The notes under the pieces: generated by a model
The model's input: the letters and a program-made list of their open reading frames with translations, nothing else
The model's database searches: none
Told to the model about the DNA's origin: nothing
Made by a program: the position numbers and the translations under genes
In this document: positions 1 to 9,094 of the stretch, piece by piece
Position numbering within the stretch: the first letter of the stretch is position 1
Layout: every line of letters starts with the position of its first letter
NCBI GenBank assembly: GCA_963741955.1
Contig: CAVUKB010000010.1
Coordinates: forward strand, 32,001-96,000
Source: an uncultured Acidobacteriota bacterium
GTDB lineage: Bacteria; Acidobacteriota; Thermoanaerobaculia; Gp7-AA8
Direction: 5' to 3'
DNA length: 64,000 nt

Positions 1-562
1 GCGGCGTCGACTGCGACTGGTGCAGCGAGTTCCACCACTTGACCGAGAAGTAGACGATCGGCACGTCGACGTAGGCGATGATCGTCGCGACCGCCGACCA
101 GACGGCCCGCCGGACCGGATCATCGACGAAATGCCGAAGGGCCATGATTCCGATGAACGCGAACAGCAGTACCGCCATCGTGGTCAGCCGCGGATCCCAG
201 TCCCACCAGACTCCCCAGGTCGGCTTGGCCCAGATCGATCCCTGCATGCAGAGGAGCCCGGCGAGGATGATTCCCACCTCGACTCCGGCTTCCAGGCGCG
301 AGTCCCACTTCCATTCCGACTTGAAGAGGAACATCAGTGCGCAGATGAACGACCAGGTGAACGCGAGCATCGCGTTCCACGCCGTCGGGACGTGGACGTA
401 CATGATCCTCTGTACGTTCCCCATGAACTCTTCCGGTGGAGCGACGAAGAGTCCGAGGTACGAACCGGTCAGGAGCAGAATGCCCCCGAACAGCATGATC
501 ACCGCCGGCCAGCGCACGTTCAGCGCCTTCGCCATTGGATTGCTTTTCATCGTTGACGTCAT
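1..562 (-). CDS. ccmC: Cytochrome c biogenesis heme exporter CcmC (3' end runs off the window)
   Basis: Manual translation from ATG at 562 gives MTSTMKSNPMAKALNVRWP...IMYVHVP...GSIWAKPTWGVWWDWDPRLTT...KWWNSLHQ. This contains the WWD motif and flanking His residues, and the gene follows ccmB directly. Confidence 0.93.
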   Translation of the reverse strand, partial: MTSTMKSNPMAKALNVRWPAVIMLFGGILLLTGSYLGLFVAPPEEFMGNVQRIMYVHVPTAWNAMLAFTWSFICALMFLFKSEWKWDSRLEAGVEVGIILAGLLCMQGSIWAKPTWGVWWDWDPRLTTMAVLLFAFIGIMALRHFVDDPVRRAVWSAVATIIAYVDVPIVYFSVKWWNSLHQSQSTP

Positions 563-1225
563 TTAGTCCTCCACCACTCGGCCGAAGAGGAGTCCACAAA
601 GGGACCAGTAAATCGCGTTGAATGCCACCAGCAACATCGTCCAGGAGCGGATCTGCCCCATCGGATCGCCCAGGATCAGCAGCGAAGTCGCCTTCACTGC
701 CGAGAGGAGAACCGGAACGACCAGAGGAAACAGCAGCAACGGGAGAAGCGTCTGCTTGGCCCTTGCCTGGGACGCCATCGCGGCGTAGATGGTTCCGGGG
801 GCCGAGAGCGCGGCCGTCCCGAGAGCGATGATGCCGATCAGCGCGAGCGCGCGCACCGTGCCGGCGTCGTACAGCACCACCATCACCGGGACGAGCGCCG
901 TCCCGAGAATCGTCAGCTGGATCCAGTTCGCGAGCGCCTTCCCGTAATAGATCGAACGAGGATCAGTGGGAAGCAGAAGCATTCCTTCCATTCCGCGATG
1001 CTCCATCTCGGTCTGAAAGCTCTCGGCGAGAGTCAGGGTCGAGGAGAGAAGGAGTCCCAGCCAGAGAAATCCCGCGGAGTACTGCCGCAGGGCCTCCGAG
1101 TTCGGACCGATCGCGAAACTGAACAGGAGGAGCGCGGTCGCACCGAACGCGAAGATCGCCATGACCTGCGCGCGGGTACGCCATTGGAGAAGCATTTCCT
1201 TGTGGAGGGAGGAGATGAACTGCAT
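563..1225 (-). CDS. ccmB: Heme exporter membrane protein CcmB
   Basis: Hydrophobic protein with KEMLLQWR, YYGKALANW and LLPLLLFPLVVPVLL motifs; start codon overlaps the ccmA stop. Confidence 0.92.
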   Translation of the reverse strand: MQFISSLHKEMLLQWRTRAQVMAIFAFGATALLLFSFAIGPNSEALRQYSAGFLWLGLLLSSTLTLAESFQTEMEHRGMEGMLLLPTDPRSIYYGKALANWIQLTILGTALVPVMVVLYDAGTVRALALIGIIALGTAALSAPGTIYAAMASQARAKQTLLPLLLFPLVVPVLLSAVKATSLLILGDPMGQIRSWTMLLVAFNAIYWSLCGLLFGRVVED

Positions 1226-2025
1226 CAGAAGCCTCCCTCGGAGAGTCCATCCGAGTCGAGTCCGCTCCGGCTCGGAAGATCGAGCGCGCTGCCGAACCAC
1301 GTTGCGCGACCGGCGTCGAGCACTAGCCCGTAATCGCAGAGAGCGGCGCCGCGCTCGATCTGGTGCGTCGCCATCAGAACCGTCGCCCCACGTTCCCGGA
1401 AATGCTGGAAGAGATGGTCGACGAAGCGGAAACCGGGAGGATCGAGCTGACCGTACGGTTCGTCGAGAAGCACGATGCTCGCATCCTGCAGGAGCGTGCG
1501 CGCGATGGAGAGCCGCTTGCGCATTCCTGCCGAGAACGTGCTCACGCCGTCGTCTGCGCGACCGTCGAGGTCGACCAGCTGCAGCAGTGGCATCAGAGCA
1601 TCGCGCTCCGCATCCTTGCCGATCAGCCGTGCCGCGACCTGAAGGTTCTGCAGCGCGGTGAGGGCCTCATAGGTATAGGCGTAGTGGCTGAGAAGAGCGA
1701 GACGTTTCCGCACCTCTGCGCGGTCGCGCCACAGATCGAATCCATCGATCTTCGCCTCGCCTCGATCCGCCCGGATTGCGGTCGAGAGAACGCGGAAGAG
1801 GGTCGATTTTCCGGAGCCGTTCCGCCCCGCGACCATCACTGCGGCGCCTCGCGGAATCTCCAGTGCAATGTTGACCAGGGCCCAGCGTCTGCCGTAACGA
1901 CGGCAGAGTCCGGATGCCTCGATCGCAGGGCCGCTCGTCGCGGCCGCAGCGGGAGACCCGCCGGGAGATCCGAGGGCGTGGTCCCTGGCATGGAATTCGG
2001 CTGAAAGGGGAGCTGAGGTTCGCAT
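1225..2025 (-). CDS. ccmA: Heme ABC exporter ATP-binding protein CcmA
   Basis: Walker A GRNGSGKST, signature FSAGMRKR, Walker B LLDEP; upstream of ccmB. Start uncertain. Confidence 0.9.
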   Translation of the reverse strand: MRTSAPLSAEFHARDHALGSPGGSPAAAATSGPAIEASGLCRRYGRRWALVNIALEIPRGAAVMVAGRNGSGKSTLFRVLSTAIRADRGEAKIDGFDLWRDRAEVRKRLALLSHYAYTYEALTALQNLQVAARLIGKDAERDALMPLLQLVDLDGRADDGVSTFSAGMRKRLSIARTLLQDASIVLLDEPYGQLDPPGFRFVDHLFQHFRERGATVLMATHQIERGAALCDYGLVLDAGRATWFGSALDLPSRSGLDSDGLSEGGF

Positions 2026-2446
2026 CTTTCTCCAGGGGCAGAAGGTCTGCGCCCGCGATCTCCGCGGCGTCCGGCCGCAGTGATTTCCAACGATGTCGCT
2101 AACGCCTTCCGCCGAGTGAAATTCCGTCCTGAAATTGCCGGCCCGGCCGCCCTTCCGGGTTCCGCCGGCTCGGATGAATCCGGATCGAGAGCTCTGATTC
2201 CTGCCGGGTCTGCGATCCGATCCGAGCCACCGTGCGCTCAGAGTAATTCGAAGCCGCCGGGGTCGCTGCACCCGAAGTCACTCGCGGTTGTGACTCGAAT
2301 CACAGGGGCTGCCCGAGCGATGCAGTCCGGCCCCGCCCGAGGGGTTTTCACGAAGCTTCACGGCCGTCGCCATGCCCCGGGACTTATCTTTCTTTCATGC
2401 AACCACGAACGCATCACATCCGTCCAAATGAAGGGAGGTAACCGTC

Positions 2447-2902
2447 ATGAGGGCCGTTGCCGTGCTGATGCTCGGAGCTCTGATGGGCACAGCAATCCCG
2501 GCGGTCGCGGCGGAGAGCGCAGAGACTCCCGCCGTTTCATCGCGCACGACTTCACCGCCGGACTATTCGCGTGAAGCACTCCTCCGGATACTCGCAGAAG
2601 CCCGGCAGCGGGCGGAAGCGGAACAGCAACCCTTCAGCGGTATCGTGGTTTACCAGAAGCACGGCATGCGGCTCCGGTGGCTTCCGCTCATGCTGCCGCT
2701 GAGTCTTCTTTACGGCACTCTCGGTGATGCTGGCGTGACGGTGAACCCGATGGTCGACCCGTTCGCGTTGACCAACACGGTTTTTCCTTCCACCGCAGAT
2801 AACAGCCACGATCGCTGGCGGGAGTGGCGATTCCGAAGCATGCTCCGGCGCAATGTCGAGGCCGCGAATCGCGGCGACAACGAAACCGGTCGATCGCAGT
2901 AG
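2447..2902 (+). CDS. Hypothetical exported protein
   Basis: Strong SD (AAGGGAGG) and a signal-peptide-like N-terminus ending AVA-AES; no recognised domain. Confidence 0.75.
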   Translation: MRAVAVLMLGALMGTAIPAVAAESAETPAVSSRTTSPPDYSREALLRILAEARQRAEAEQQPFSGIVVYQKHGMRLRWLPLMLPLSLLYGTLGDAGVTVNPMVDPFALTNTVFPSTADNSHDRWREWRFRSMLRRNVEAANRGDNETGRSQ

Positions 2903-3045
2903 CGCGAATCCTCTTCGCGATCAGACTTCGCTCTCGGAGCTGCCAACCTGCGACGAGGGAGTAAGATCAGGCCGATTCGAGCTGAAGGGTGGTGCGTCGA
3001 GATGCCTCCAACGTCGAGCGTCGCGCGTACTTCCTCTGGAAACTG

Positions 3046-3636
3046 ATGAAGCCGCGGAAGAACCTCACCGTCGCGGTCGCGGTGCTCGCGGCCGGCGGCT
3101 CGAGCAGGATGGGCACGTGCAAACAGCTGATCCTGCTGGATGGCGAGACGCTCGTGCATCGTGCGGCCCGCAGGGCACGCCGGAGCGCCGCGGCCCGCGT
3201 ACTGGTGGTCGTCGGCGCGGAAGCGGGAGGAGTCGTCGACGCCGTTTCCGATCTCCGGGTGGAGATCGTCGAGAATCGCGGGTGGGTAGAGGGAATCGGG
3301 AGCTCGATCGCCGCGGCTGCACGCGCGATCCGATCCGACGAATCGATCGATGCGATTCTTTTCACCCTCGCGGACCAGCCTTCCATCACTTCGTCGATGA
3401 TCGACCGTCTGATCGCCGAGGCGCAATCGTTTTCGATCGTCGCATCCGCCTATGCAGACGGTCCCGGCGTTCCTGCGCTCTTCCGGAAGGTCCACTTCGA
3501 CGCTCTTGCCGGGATGGGCGGCGATCGTGGCGCACGGTCGCTGATCGTGTCGGACGAGGAGGCGAAGATCCTCTCCTTCGATCGAGAGTTGGACGACATC
3601 GACCAACCGGAAGATCTCGACCGCTATCTTTCTTAG
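3046..3636 (+). CDS. Nucleotidyltransferase family protein (MocA-like molybdenum cofactor cytidylyltransferase)
   Basis: Motifs LAAGGSSRMG-K, GIGSSI, LADQP, GDRGARSL and DIDQPED. Confidence 0.88.
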   Translation: MKPRKNLTVAVAVLAAGGSSRMGTCKQLILLDGETLVHRAARRARRSAAARVLVVVGAEAGGVVDAVSDLRVEIVENRGWVEGIGSSIAAAARAIRSDESIDAILFTLADQPSITSSMIDRLIAEAQSFSIVASAYADGPGVPALFRKVHFDALAGMGGDRGARSLIVSDEEAKILSFDRELDDIDQPEDLDRYLS

Positions 3637-3690
3637 CGAGCGACGAGGGGAGAGCGGCGAGCGACGAGCGGCGGGCGGCGAGCGGCGAGG
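3636..3690 (+). repeat. Heptamer tandem repeat array (G[A/G]CGAGC type), about 7 units
   Basis: gcgagc gacgagg ggagagc ggcgagc gacgagc ggcgggc ggcgagc ggcgagg, beginning at the TAG stop of the upstream gene. Confidence 0.8.
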
Positions 3691-3847
3691 GAAGAGGGTG
3701 AGTTTCCGCCGAGGAGTGCGGATTCGTAATCCGCCGCGTATCGCGGCGAGGGGGCAACAGCAGCAGCCGCCGCAGCTTCGGCAGAAGCGGAGCTGCGCAG
3801 CCCCAGGGCACTGTCGACATCATCGCAAGACATCTCAGTGATCCGCT

Positions 3848-3964
3848 TAGCCCGCATTTCTCCCACCGTCTCGTCGCGAGGAGGCGGAGAGTAGCCTGGA
3901 TGCAACGTAGCAGACAGGCCGCTATCCGGCTCCGCAGCAGAGACGATGTGAGAAATGCGGGCTA
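3848..3964. mobile_element. MITE-like element family 1, internally deleted copy
   Basis: 25-bp terminal inverted repeats TAGCCCGCATTTCTC(C/A)CA(C/T)CGTCTC; homologous to 9965-10147. Confidence 0.8.
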
Positions 3965-4127
3965 GGAGTCGGCGCGATAGAAACGTCCGTAGCGAGAAAG
4001 CGGAGCAACGAGGCCAAATTCGTTCGGATTTGAGGTGCGTAGCGGTGGCTACTCGCCGAAAATCCGGGCGGATTTGGACCGTTGATCCGCTTTCGCAGTA
4101 GGACAGTTTCTACCGCGCAGACTCCTA
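3963..4127. mobile_element. MITE-like palindromic element family 2
   Basis: Ends TAGGAGTCGGCGCGATAGAAAC and GTTTCTACCGCGCAGACTCCTA form an inverted repeat with 2 mismatches; CTAG at both junctions; right arm repeated at 13214-13271. Confidence 0.78.
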
Positions 4128-4190
4128 GGTGCCTGGTCACAAGAATCGATTCATCCATCTGAAAACGCGGCGGTCGAGTATCATTTTTCG

Positions 4191-7100
4191 ATGACTTCCC
4201 GTTCCCGCCTCGGGCTTCTCTTCGGGATCCTCGTGCTTGCCGTCGCAGCGTCGTCCTTCGGCGCAGAGACGGCTGTCGTGGTCCGCGGTTCCATTTCGCA
4301 CGAATCTCCCGTCTTCTCGCATCCGATCCACCTCGGCGCGGGAGACTTTCTCCGGGTCGAAGCCGTCCAGAAAGATGCGAACCTGAAGCTCGCTTTCGTC
4401 GATGCGGCAGGGTCGGTTCTGCGGGAAGTCGATCGCACCGCACCGCCCGAGCCGGAGATCGCGGAACTGGTCAGCCCTGCGGAGGGGGAGTACCAGATCC
4501 GGGTCTCGACAACAGAGCCTCCGACCGAGAAGATCGGAATCGATCTTCGGATCGATCCCCTGCGTCCGGCGACCGACGTGGATCGTGCGCGACTGGCGGG
4601 CGAGGATCTGCTCCGGCGTGGCGACGCTCTGGTGAACGAGCAGAAGGTCGAGAGTCTCCGCGCGGCTCGCGAGGCGTATCAGGAGGCACTCGCCGATTTC
4701 GAGAAGGCATCCGACCTCCGGCAGGAGGGCACAGCTCTCGACAGTCTCGGGTGGGTCAGTGATCTGATGGGCGAAAAGAAGGAAGCGCTCGCGTTCTACG
4801 AGCGCGCGCTCCCTCTCCGCCGCGCGTCCGGCGACGTCAGGGGAGAGCTTCTCACGCTCCAGGGCATCGGCCTGGTGAATATCTACCTCGGCGATTACGA
4901 CGAGGCGATCCGCACGAACGAGAAGGTGCTCGAGCTGAGCCGCAAAGAGCACGACCGGAAGAGCGAAGCTTCGATTCTCCACAATCTCGGCGGCATCTAC
5001 TGGTCGATGGACGAGATGCAGAAGGCGCTCGGTCTGTACGGCAAAGCTCTGGTGATCTGGAAAGAACTGGGTGACCGGCGCGGCGAAGCGAGCACTCTCA
5101 ACAACATGGGGGACGTCTACCGGCGGCTCGGCGATTACGACCGAGCGCTGGCCGACTTCACTCGGGCGCTCGAGATCCGCAGCTCGCTCGATGACCGGCG
5201 CGGCGAAGCGCACTCGCTGCACACCATCGGTCTCGTCTACATGGCTCGGGACGAACCGCAGAAAGCGCTCGCGAAGTTCGAACAGGCGCTTGCTCTCCGC
5301 CGCGAGACAGGAGATGTTCGAGGAGAAGCCTACTCGCTCGGCGGACGCGGCGACGCGCTCCGGGAGCTCGGCAAGCCGGCCGAGGCGCGGGCGAGTCTGG
5401 AGAAGGCGCTCGCGATCTGGGAGAAGAACGGAGAGCGGAGAGCGGAGGCGGAAACGCTGCAGGATCTCGGGATGGGCTATCTCGACGAGCGCGATCCCGC
5501 CCGGGCGAAACACTCCTTCGAGAAGGCGCTCCCGATCTCGCGTTCGCTCGGCGACCGGACGTACGAGGCGAACGCGCTCTACGGTCTTGCGCGGGTCGCG
5601 CGGGACGGAAACGATCTCACCGGCGCGCGGAAACGGATCGAAGAGGCGATCGCGATCACGACTTCGCTCCGCGAGCGGATCACGAACGAGAATCTGAGGG
5701 CGTCGTATTCGAGCACCGTCAGCCGATTCTACGACTTCTACATCGACCTCCTGATGGAGATGCACGAGAAGACTCCCGGCGCGAGTCTCGACCGCGCGGC
5801 GTTCGATGCGAGTGAGCGGCTCCGCGCCCGGACTCTGGTCGAGATGCTCGCAGCGGCGGATGTCGATCCGCATCGCGATCTCGATCCTGCGCTGTGGGGG
5901 CGGCGGAACGAGTTGAGGGAGCGGATCGCGTCGCGGGAACGGAAGCGACTCAAACTTCTGCAGTCGAATCAGACTGACGACGTCGCGGCAGCGGTCGATT
6001 CGCTGGAACAGGAGATCTCGTCTCTGGTGGACGATTACCGGAAGGTCACGACCGAGCTGCTGGAGAAGAATCCACATTACGCGTCCCTGACGGCACCGAA
6101 GGCGCTCGGGGTGAATGAGATTCAGTCGAAGCTCCTCGACGATCAAACGGCTCTGGTCGAGATTCAGCTCGGGAGCGAGCGCTCCTGGCTCTGGGTGGTC
6201 ACGCGAGACGGATTCGAAACCCACAGGCTCGCTTCGCGGAAGGAGATCGAAGCGCGGGCCCGCCACCTGTACGAGCTCCTTCGCGAGCGGAACCGCTCGG
6301 TCCCGGGAGAGACGCTCGCCATGTTCCGCTCGCGGATCGCGCGCGCCGAAAAGGAATCGGGGAAGGAAGCCGAGGCCCTCGGCAGGCAAGTGATCGGTCC
6401 GGCCGCGGCATCCCTTCAGAAGCGAAGGCTTCTGGTGGTCGCGGACGGGACGCTGCAGTACATCCCGTTCGGAGTGCTGTCGCTTCCCGGACCAGATGGA
6501 AAACCGCAACCGCTGGTGCGGAGTCACGAGATCGTGAACCTCCCCTCGGCGACGGTGGGTGGCGTTCTGCTGGCGGAGGGGATGCGCCGTCCGGCGTCGA
6601 AGGCTACCGTCGCGGTGATCGCGGATCCGGTCTTCCGGCCCGACGATCCGCGGGTGGAGAAGATCAGCGGAGGGGCGGAGCATGACGCGGTCCTGCAGGC
6701 GAGCCGGGGGGGAGCTCTCGAATCGGGAAACGGAAGGGGAGTCGATCTGGCGCGCCTCCGCTTTTCACGAAGAGAAGCTGATGTGATCACTTCACTGGTG
6801 CCGGACGCGTCGCGGCGGATGGAAGCGCTCGATTTCGATGCGTCGCTCGAGACCGTGACCAGCGGGGATCTGTCTGGATATTCGATCGTTCACATTGCCA
6901 CGCATGGTCTGGTCGATTCCGCGCGTCCCGAACTGTCGGGGCTGGTCTTCTCGCTATACGACAGGAAAGGGCGGCCGCAGGAGGGATTTCTGGCGCTGCA
7001 CGGCATCTACGATCTGAAGCTCGACGCCGATCTGGTCGTCCTGAGCGCGTGCGATACGGCGCTCGGGAAGCTGGTCCGGGGAGAAGGGCTGATCGGGCTG

Positions 7101-7328
7101 ACCCGCGGGTTCATGTACGCCGGAGCGCCGCGGGTCGTGGCGAGTCTCTGGACGGTGGACGATCGTGCCACCGCGGTTCTCATGGAGCGTTTCTACAGGG
7201 GTATGCTTGAAAAGCACGAGACGCCGGCTGCAGCGCTGCGGAACGCGAAAATCTCGATGCTCGACGATCCCCGCTGGAGCTCGCCCTACTACTGGGCCGC
7301 CTTCATTCTGGAGGGAGACTGGCGCTGA
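4191..7328 (+). CDS. Secreted TPR-repeat CHAT-domain (caspase-like) protease
   Basis: Signal peptide, many TPRs (GEASTLNNMG...), and CHAT motifs ADGTLQYIPF, HIATHG (His), LVVLSACDT (Cys), SLWTVDD and PYYWAAF. Confidence 0.93.
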   Translation: MTSRSRLGLLFGILVLAVAASSFGAETAVVVRGSISHESPVFSHPIHLGAGDFLRVEAVQKDANLKLAFVDAAGSVLREVDRTAPPEPEIAELVSPAEGEYQIRVSTTEPPTEKIGIDLRIDPLRPATDVDRARLAGEDLLRRGDALVNEQKVESLRAAREAYQEALADFEKASDLRQEGTALDSLGWVSDLMGEKKEALAFYERALPLRRASGDVRGELLTLQGIGLVNIYLGDYDEAIRTNEKVLELSRKEHDRKSEASILHNLGGIYWSMDEMQKALGLYGKALVIWKELGDRRGEASTLNNMGDVYRRLGDYDRALADFTRALEIRSSLDDRRGEAHSLHTIGLVYMARDEPQKALAKFEQALALRRETGDVRGEAYSLGGRGDALRELGKPAEARASLEKALAIWEKNGERRAEAETLQDLGMGYLDERDPARAKHSFEKALPISRSLGDRTYEANALYGLARVARDGNDLTGARKRIEEAIAITTSLRERITNENLRASYSSTVSRFYDFYIDLLMEMHEKTPGASLDRAAFDASERLRARTLVEMLAAADVDPHRDLDPALWGRRNELRERIASRERKRLKLLQSNQTDDVAAAVDSLEQEISSLVDDYRKVTTELLEKNPHYASLTAPKALGVNEIQSKLLDDQTALVEIQLGSERSWLWVVTRDGFETHRLASRKEIEARARHLYELLRERNRSVPGETLAMFRSRIARAEKESGKEAEALGRQVIGPAAASLQKRRLLVVADGTLQYIPFGVLSLPGPDGKPQPLVRSHEIVNLPSATVGGVLLAEGMRRPASKATVAVIADPVFRPDDPRVEKISGGAEHDAVLQASRGGALESGNGRGVDLARLRFSRREADVITSLVPDASRRMEALDFDASLETVTSGDLSGYSIVHIATHGLVDSARPELSGLVFSLYDRKGRPQEGFLALHGIYDLKLDADLVVLSACDTALGKLVRGEGLIGLTRGFMYAGAPRVVASLWTVDDRATAVLMERFYRGMLEKHETPAAALRNAKISMLDDPRWSSPYYWAAFILEGDWR

Positions 7329-7442
7329 ACGGAGGATCCGGGATCAGAATGCGCAGATGCGCTGTCGTTGTTGCAGTGCGACAGAGGCGACAGAGGACGT
7401 ACCGAAGTGAGCGATGACGCGGACATCAGAGGGGCTGGAGTG

Positions 7443-8033
7443 ATGAAACGCGACGAGGGGCCGTCGCGCTCGCCGTTCGAAGCACTTCTCGCCCGGCTCG
7501 ACAGCGACCCCCGGCGGGCGGGCGAACGGTACGAGGAGATCCGCAGACGTCTGATCCGCCTTTTCGAATGGCGCGGCGCCCTCCGTCCCGACGAGCTTGC
7601 GGACGAAACGATGGATCGTGTCGCGAAAAAGCTCCACGAAGGGGTCGAGATCGAAGGGAAGGATCCCTCCGGATATTTCTACGGTGTCGCCAGGCTGGTC
7701 TACTTCGAGTCGCGCCGTGCCGAGGAAAAGAAGGGCACCGTTCCGCTCACAGACATCGCCAGCTCCGATTCCGATCCCGCCGATCTCCAGGAGAAGGAGC
7801 GGCGCTCGCGTTGTCTCGACCGTTGCCTCGAAGAGGTGGGGAAAGAGAGCCGTTCGCTGATCCTCGAGTACTACAGCGACTCGTCCGACTCCCGGATCAC
7901 GACCCGAAAACGACTCGCCGAAAGGATCGGCGTTCCCTCGTCGGCGCTTCGCCTGCGTGCCCACCGGATCCGCGCGAAACTGGAAAGCTGCATGTCGGTG
8001 TGTATCGGCGAGGAAACGAATCCGGCTCGTTGA
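7443..8033 (+). CDS. ECF-type RNA polymerase sigma factor
   Basis: YEEIRRRLIRLF...DELADETMDRV (region 2-like) and RCLDRCL...LILEYY...ALRLRAHRIRAKL (region 4-like). An alternative GTG start lies at 7407. Confidence 0.8.
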   Translation: MKRDEGPSRSPFEALLARLDSDPRRAGERYEEIRRRLIRLFEWRGALRPDELADETMDRVAKKLHEGVEIEGKDPSGYFYGVARLVYFESRRAEEKKGTVPLTDIASSDSDPADLQEKERRSRCLDRCLEEVGKESRSLILEYYSDSSDSRITTRKRLAERIGVPSSALRLRAHRIRAKLESCMSVCIGEETNPAR

Positions 8034-8039
8034 ACATTC

Positions 8040-8945
8040 ATGGCTGGAGATGAAGCAGCAATGATCAGCGCAGAAGAACGCCAGACGATGAAGCTCGGAA
8101 TTCTCCATGAACTGGAGGAGCCGGCCAGAGAAGATCTCGAACGGCGTCTGTTCGAGGACTCCTCCGCATTCGAAGAGTACGAGGTGCTGGAAGAGGAAAT
8201 GCTCGAGGCATACCTCCATGACGAGCTCCCGGCGGAGGAGGCGGAGCGGATCACGGAGCTCCGGTCGCTGTACCCCTACATGGAGCGAAAGATCGCGTTC
8301 ACGGCTGCGCTGATCGACCGTGCGCAACGCGACAACGTCGCGTCGATCTCGGCGGCACGGAGGGGCCTTTCCCCCCGCAGCCGCTCGCTTCTGACCGCCG
8401 TTGCGGCTGCAGTCGGACTGGTGGTCTTCGGGATGATCCTTCACGAGACGAAGACTCTTTCATCGAGACCCCGGATCGCGCGGACATCCGCACCCCTCCC
8501 GGCGGCCGGGCCGTCGACGACGGCTGAAGTTCCGAAGCCGGCCCAGGTCGCGAACGGCACCGAGCCGGTGGAGACTCCCTCCATCCAGCGGAAGAAGATT
8601 CCCCCTGCCGCTCACGTGATCGATCTCGTGCTCGCAACGGCGGTCACGCGGGGCGGTTCATCGGCGAACGAGCTGAAGATTCCGGAGGGGACGGACGCGG
8701 TCAGGATTCACGTTCCGGTCGATCCGGCCGAGGCCGCCGCCGTCTACCGAGCGACGGTGCGGCGAAGCGGCACCGAGGTTTGGAGCGGAACCGCCGAGCG
8801 ACACGATACGTCGGCGGGTCCGGACGTCACGTTCCAGCTTCCGGCGGACGACCTTCCGGACGGGCCGTACGAGATCGAGCTCGATGCCGGTGCGGATCCC
8901 GGCGGCGAGCCGATCGCATTCTTCGACCTCGACGTGCGGCGCTGA
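8040..8945 (+). CDS. Putative membrane-anchored anti-sigma factor
   Basis: Directly follows the sigma gene. Helical N-terminal domain (EEEMLEAYLHDEL), one TM helix, a Pro/Ala linker and a C-terminal beta-rich domain. Confidence 0.72.
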   Translation: MAGDEAAMISAEERQTMKLGILHELEEPAREDLERRLFEDSSAFEEYEVLEEEMLEAYLHDELPAEEAERITELRSLYPYMERKIAFTAALIDRAQRDNVASISAARRGLSPRSRSLLTAVAAAVGLVVFGMILHETKTLSSRPRIARTSAPLPAAGPSTTAEVPKPAQVANGTEPVETPSIQRKKIPPAAHVIDLVLATAVTRGGSSANELKIPEGTDAVRIHVPVDPAEAAAVYRATVRRSGTEVWSGTAERHDTSAGPDVTFQLPADDLPDGPYEIELDAGADPGGEPIAFFDLDVRR

Positions 8946-9040
8946 CGAGCGGTTTCGCATCACCAGGGCTGCGATTCCGGAAGCCCAGAAACCTCACCCC
9001 TTCTCATGGATCCGTACTACAATCGGGCACCGATGAGCTT

Positions 9041-9057
9041 CGTTGAATTATTCAACG
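9041..9057. promoter_or_regulatory. Palindromic operator candidate CGTTGAATTATTCAACG
   Basis: Perfect 8-bp inverted repeat lying downstream of a TACAAT -10-like hexamer (9018-9023) and upstream of the Crp/Fnr gene. Confidence 0.5.
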
Positions 9058-9094
9058 CAAGATCTCGGCGTCCCGATCTCGGATCGGAGGACTG

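Noticed and set aside
2026-2271. N-terminal extension of the ccmA ORF to 2271
   Set aside because: Low-complexity sequence with no ABC features; probably the divergent promoter region.
3922-4443. ORFs at 3922-4443 and 13136-13405 sharing the peptide GVCAVETVLLRKRI
   Set aside because: The shared peptide is only the translation of the MITE family 2 arm, not a protein family.
4137-6683. Long antisense or alternate-frame ORFs (e.g. 4137-6683, 24429-27092, 31266-33395, 47840-50146)
   Set aside because: They are shadows of well-supported genes in high-GC DNA and have no motifs of their own.
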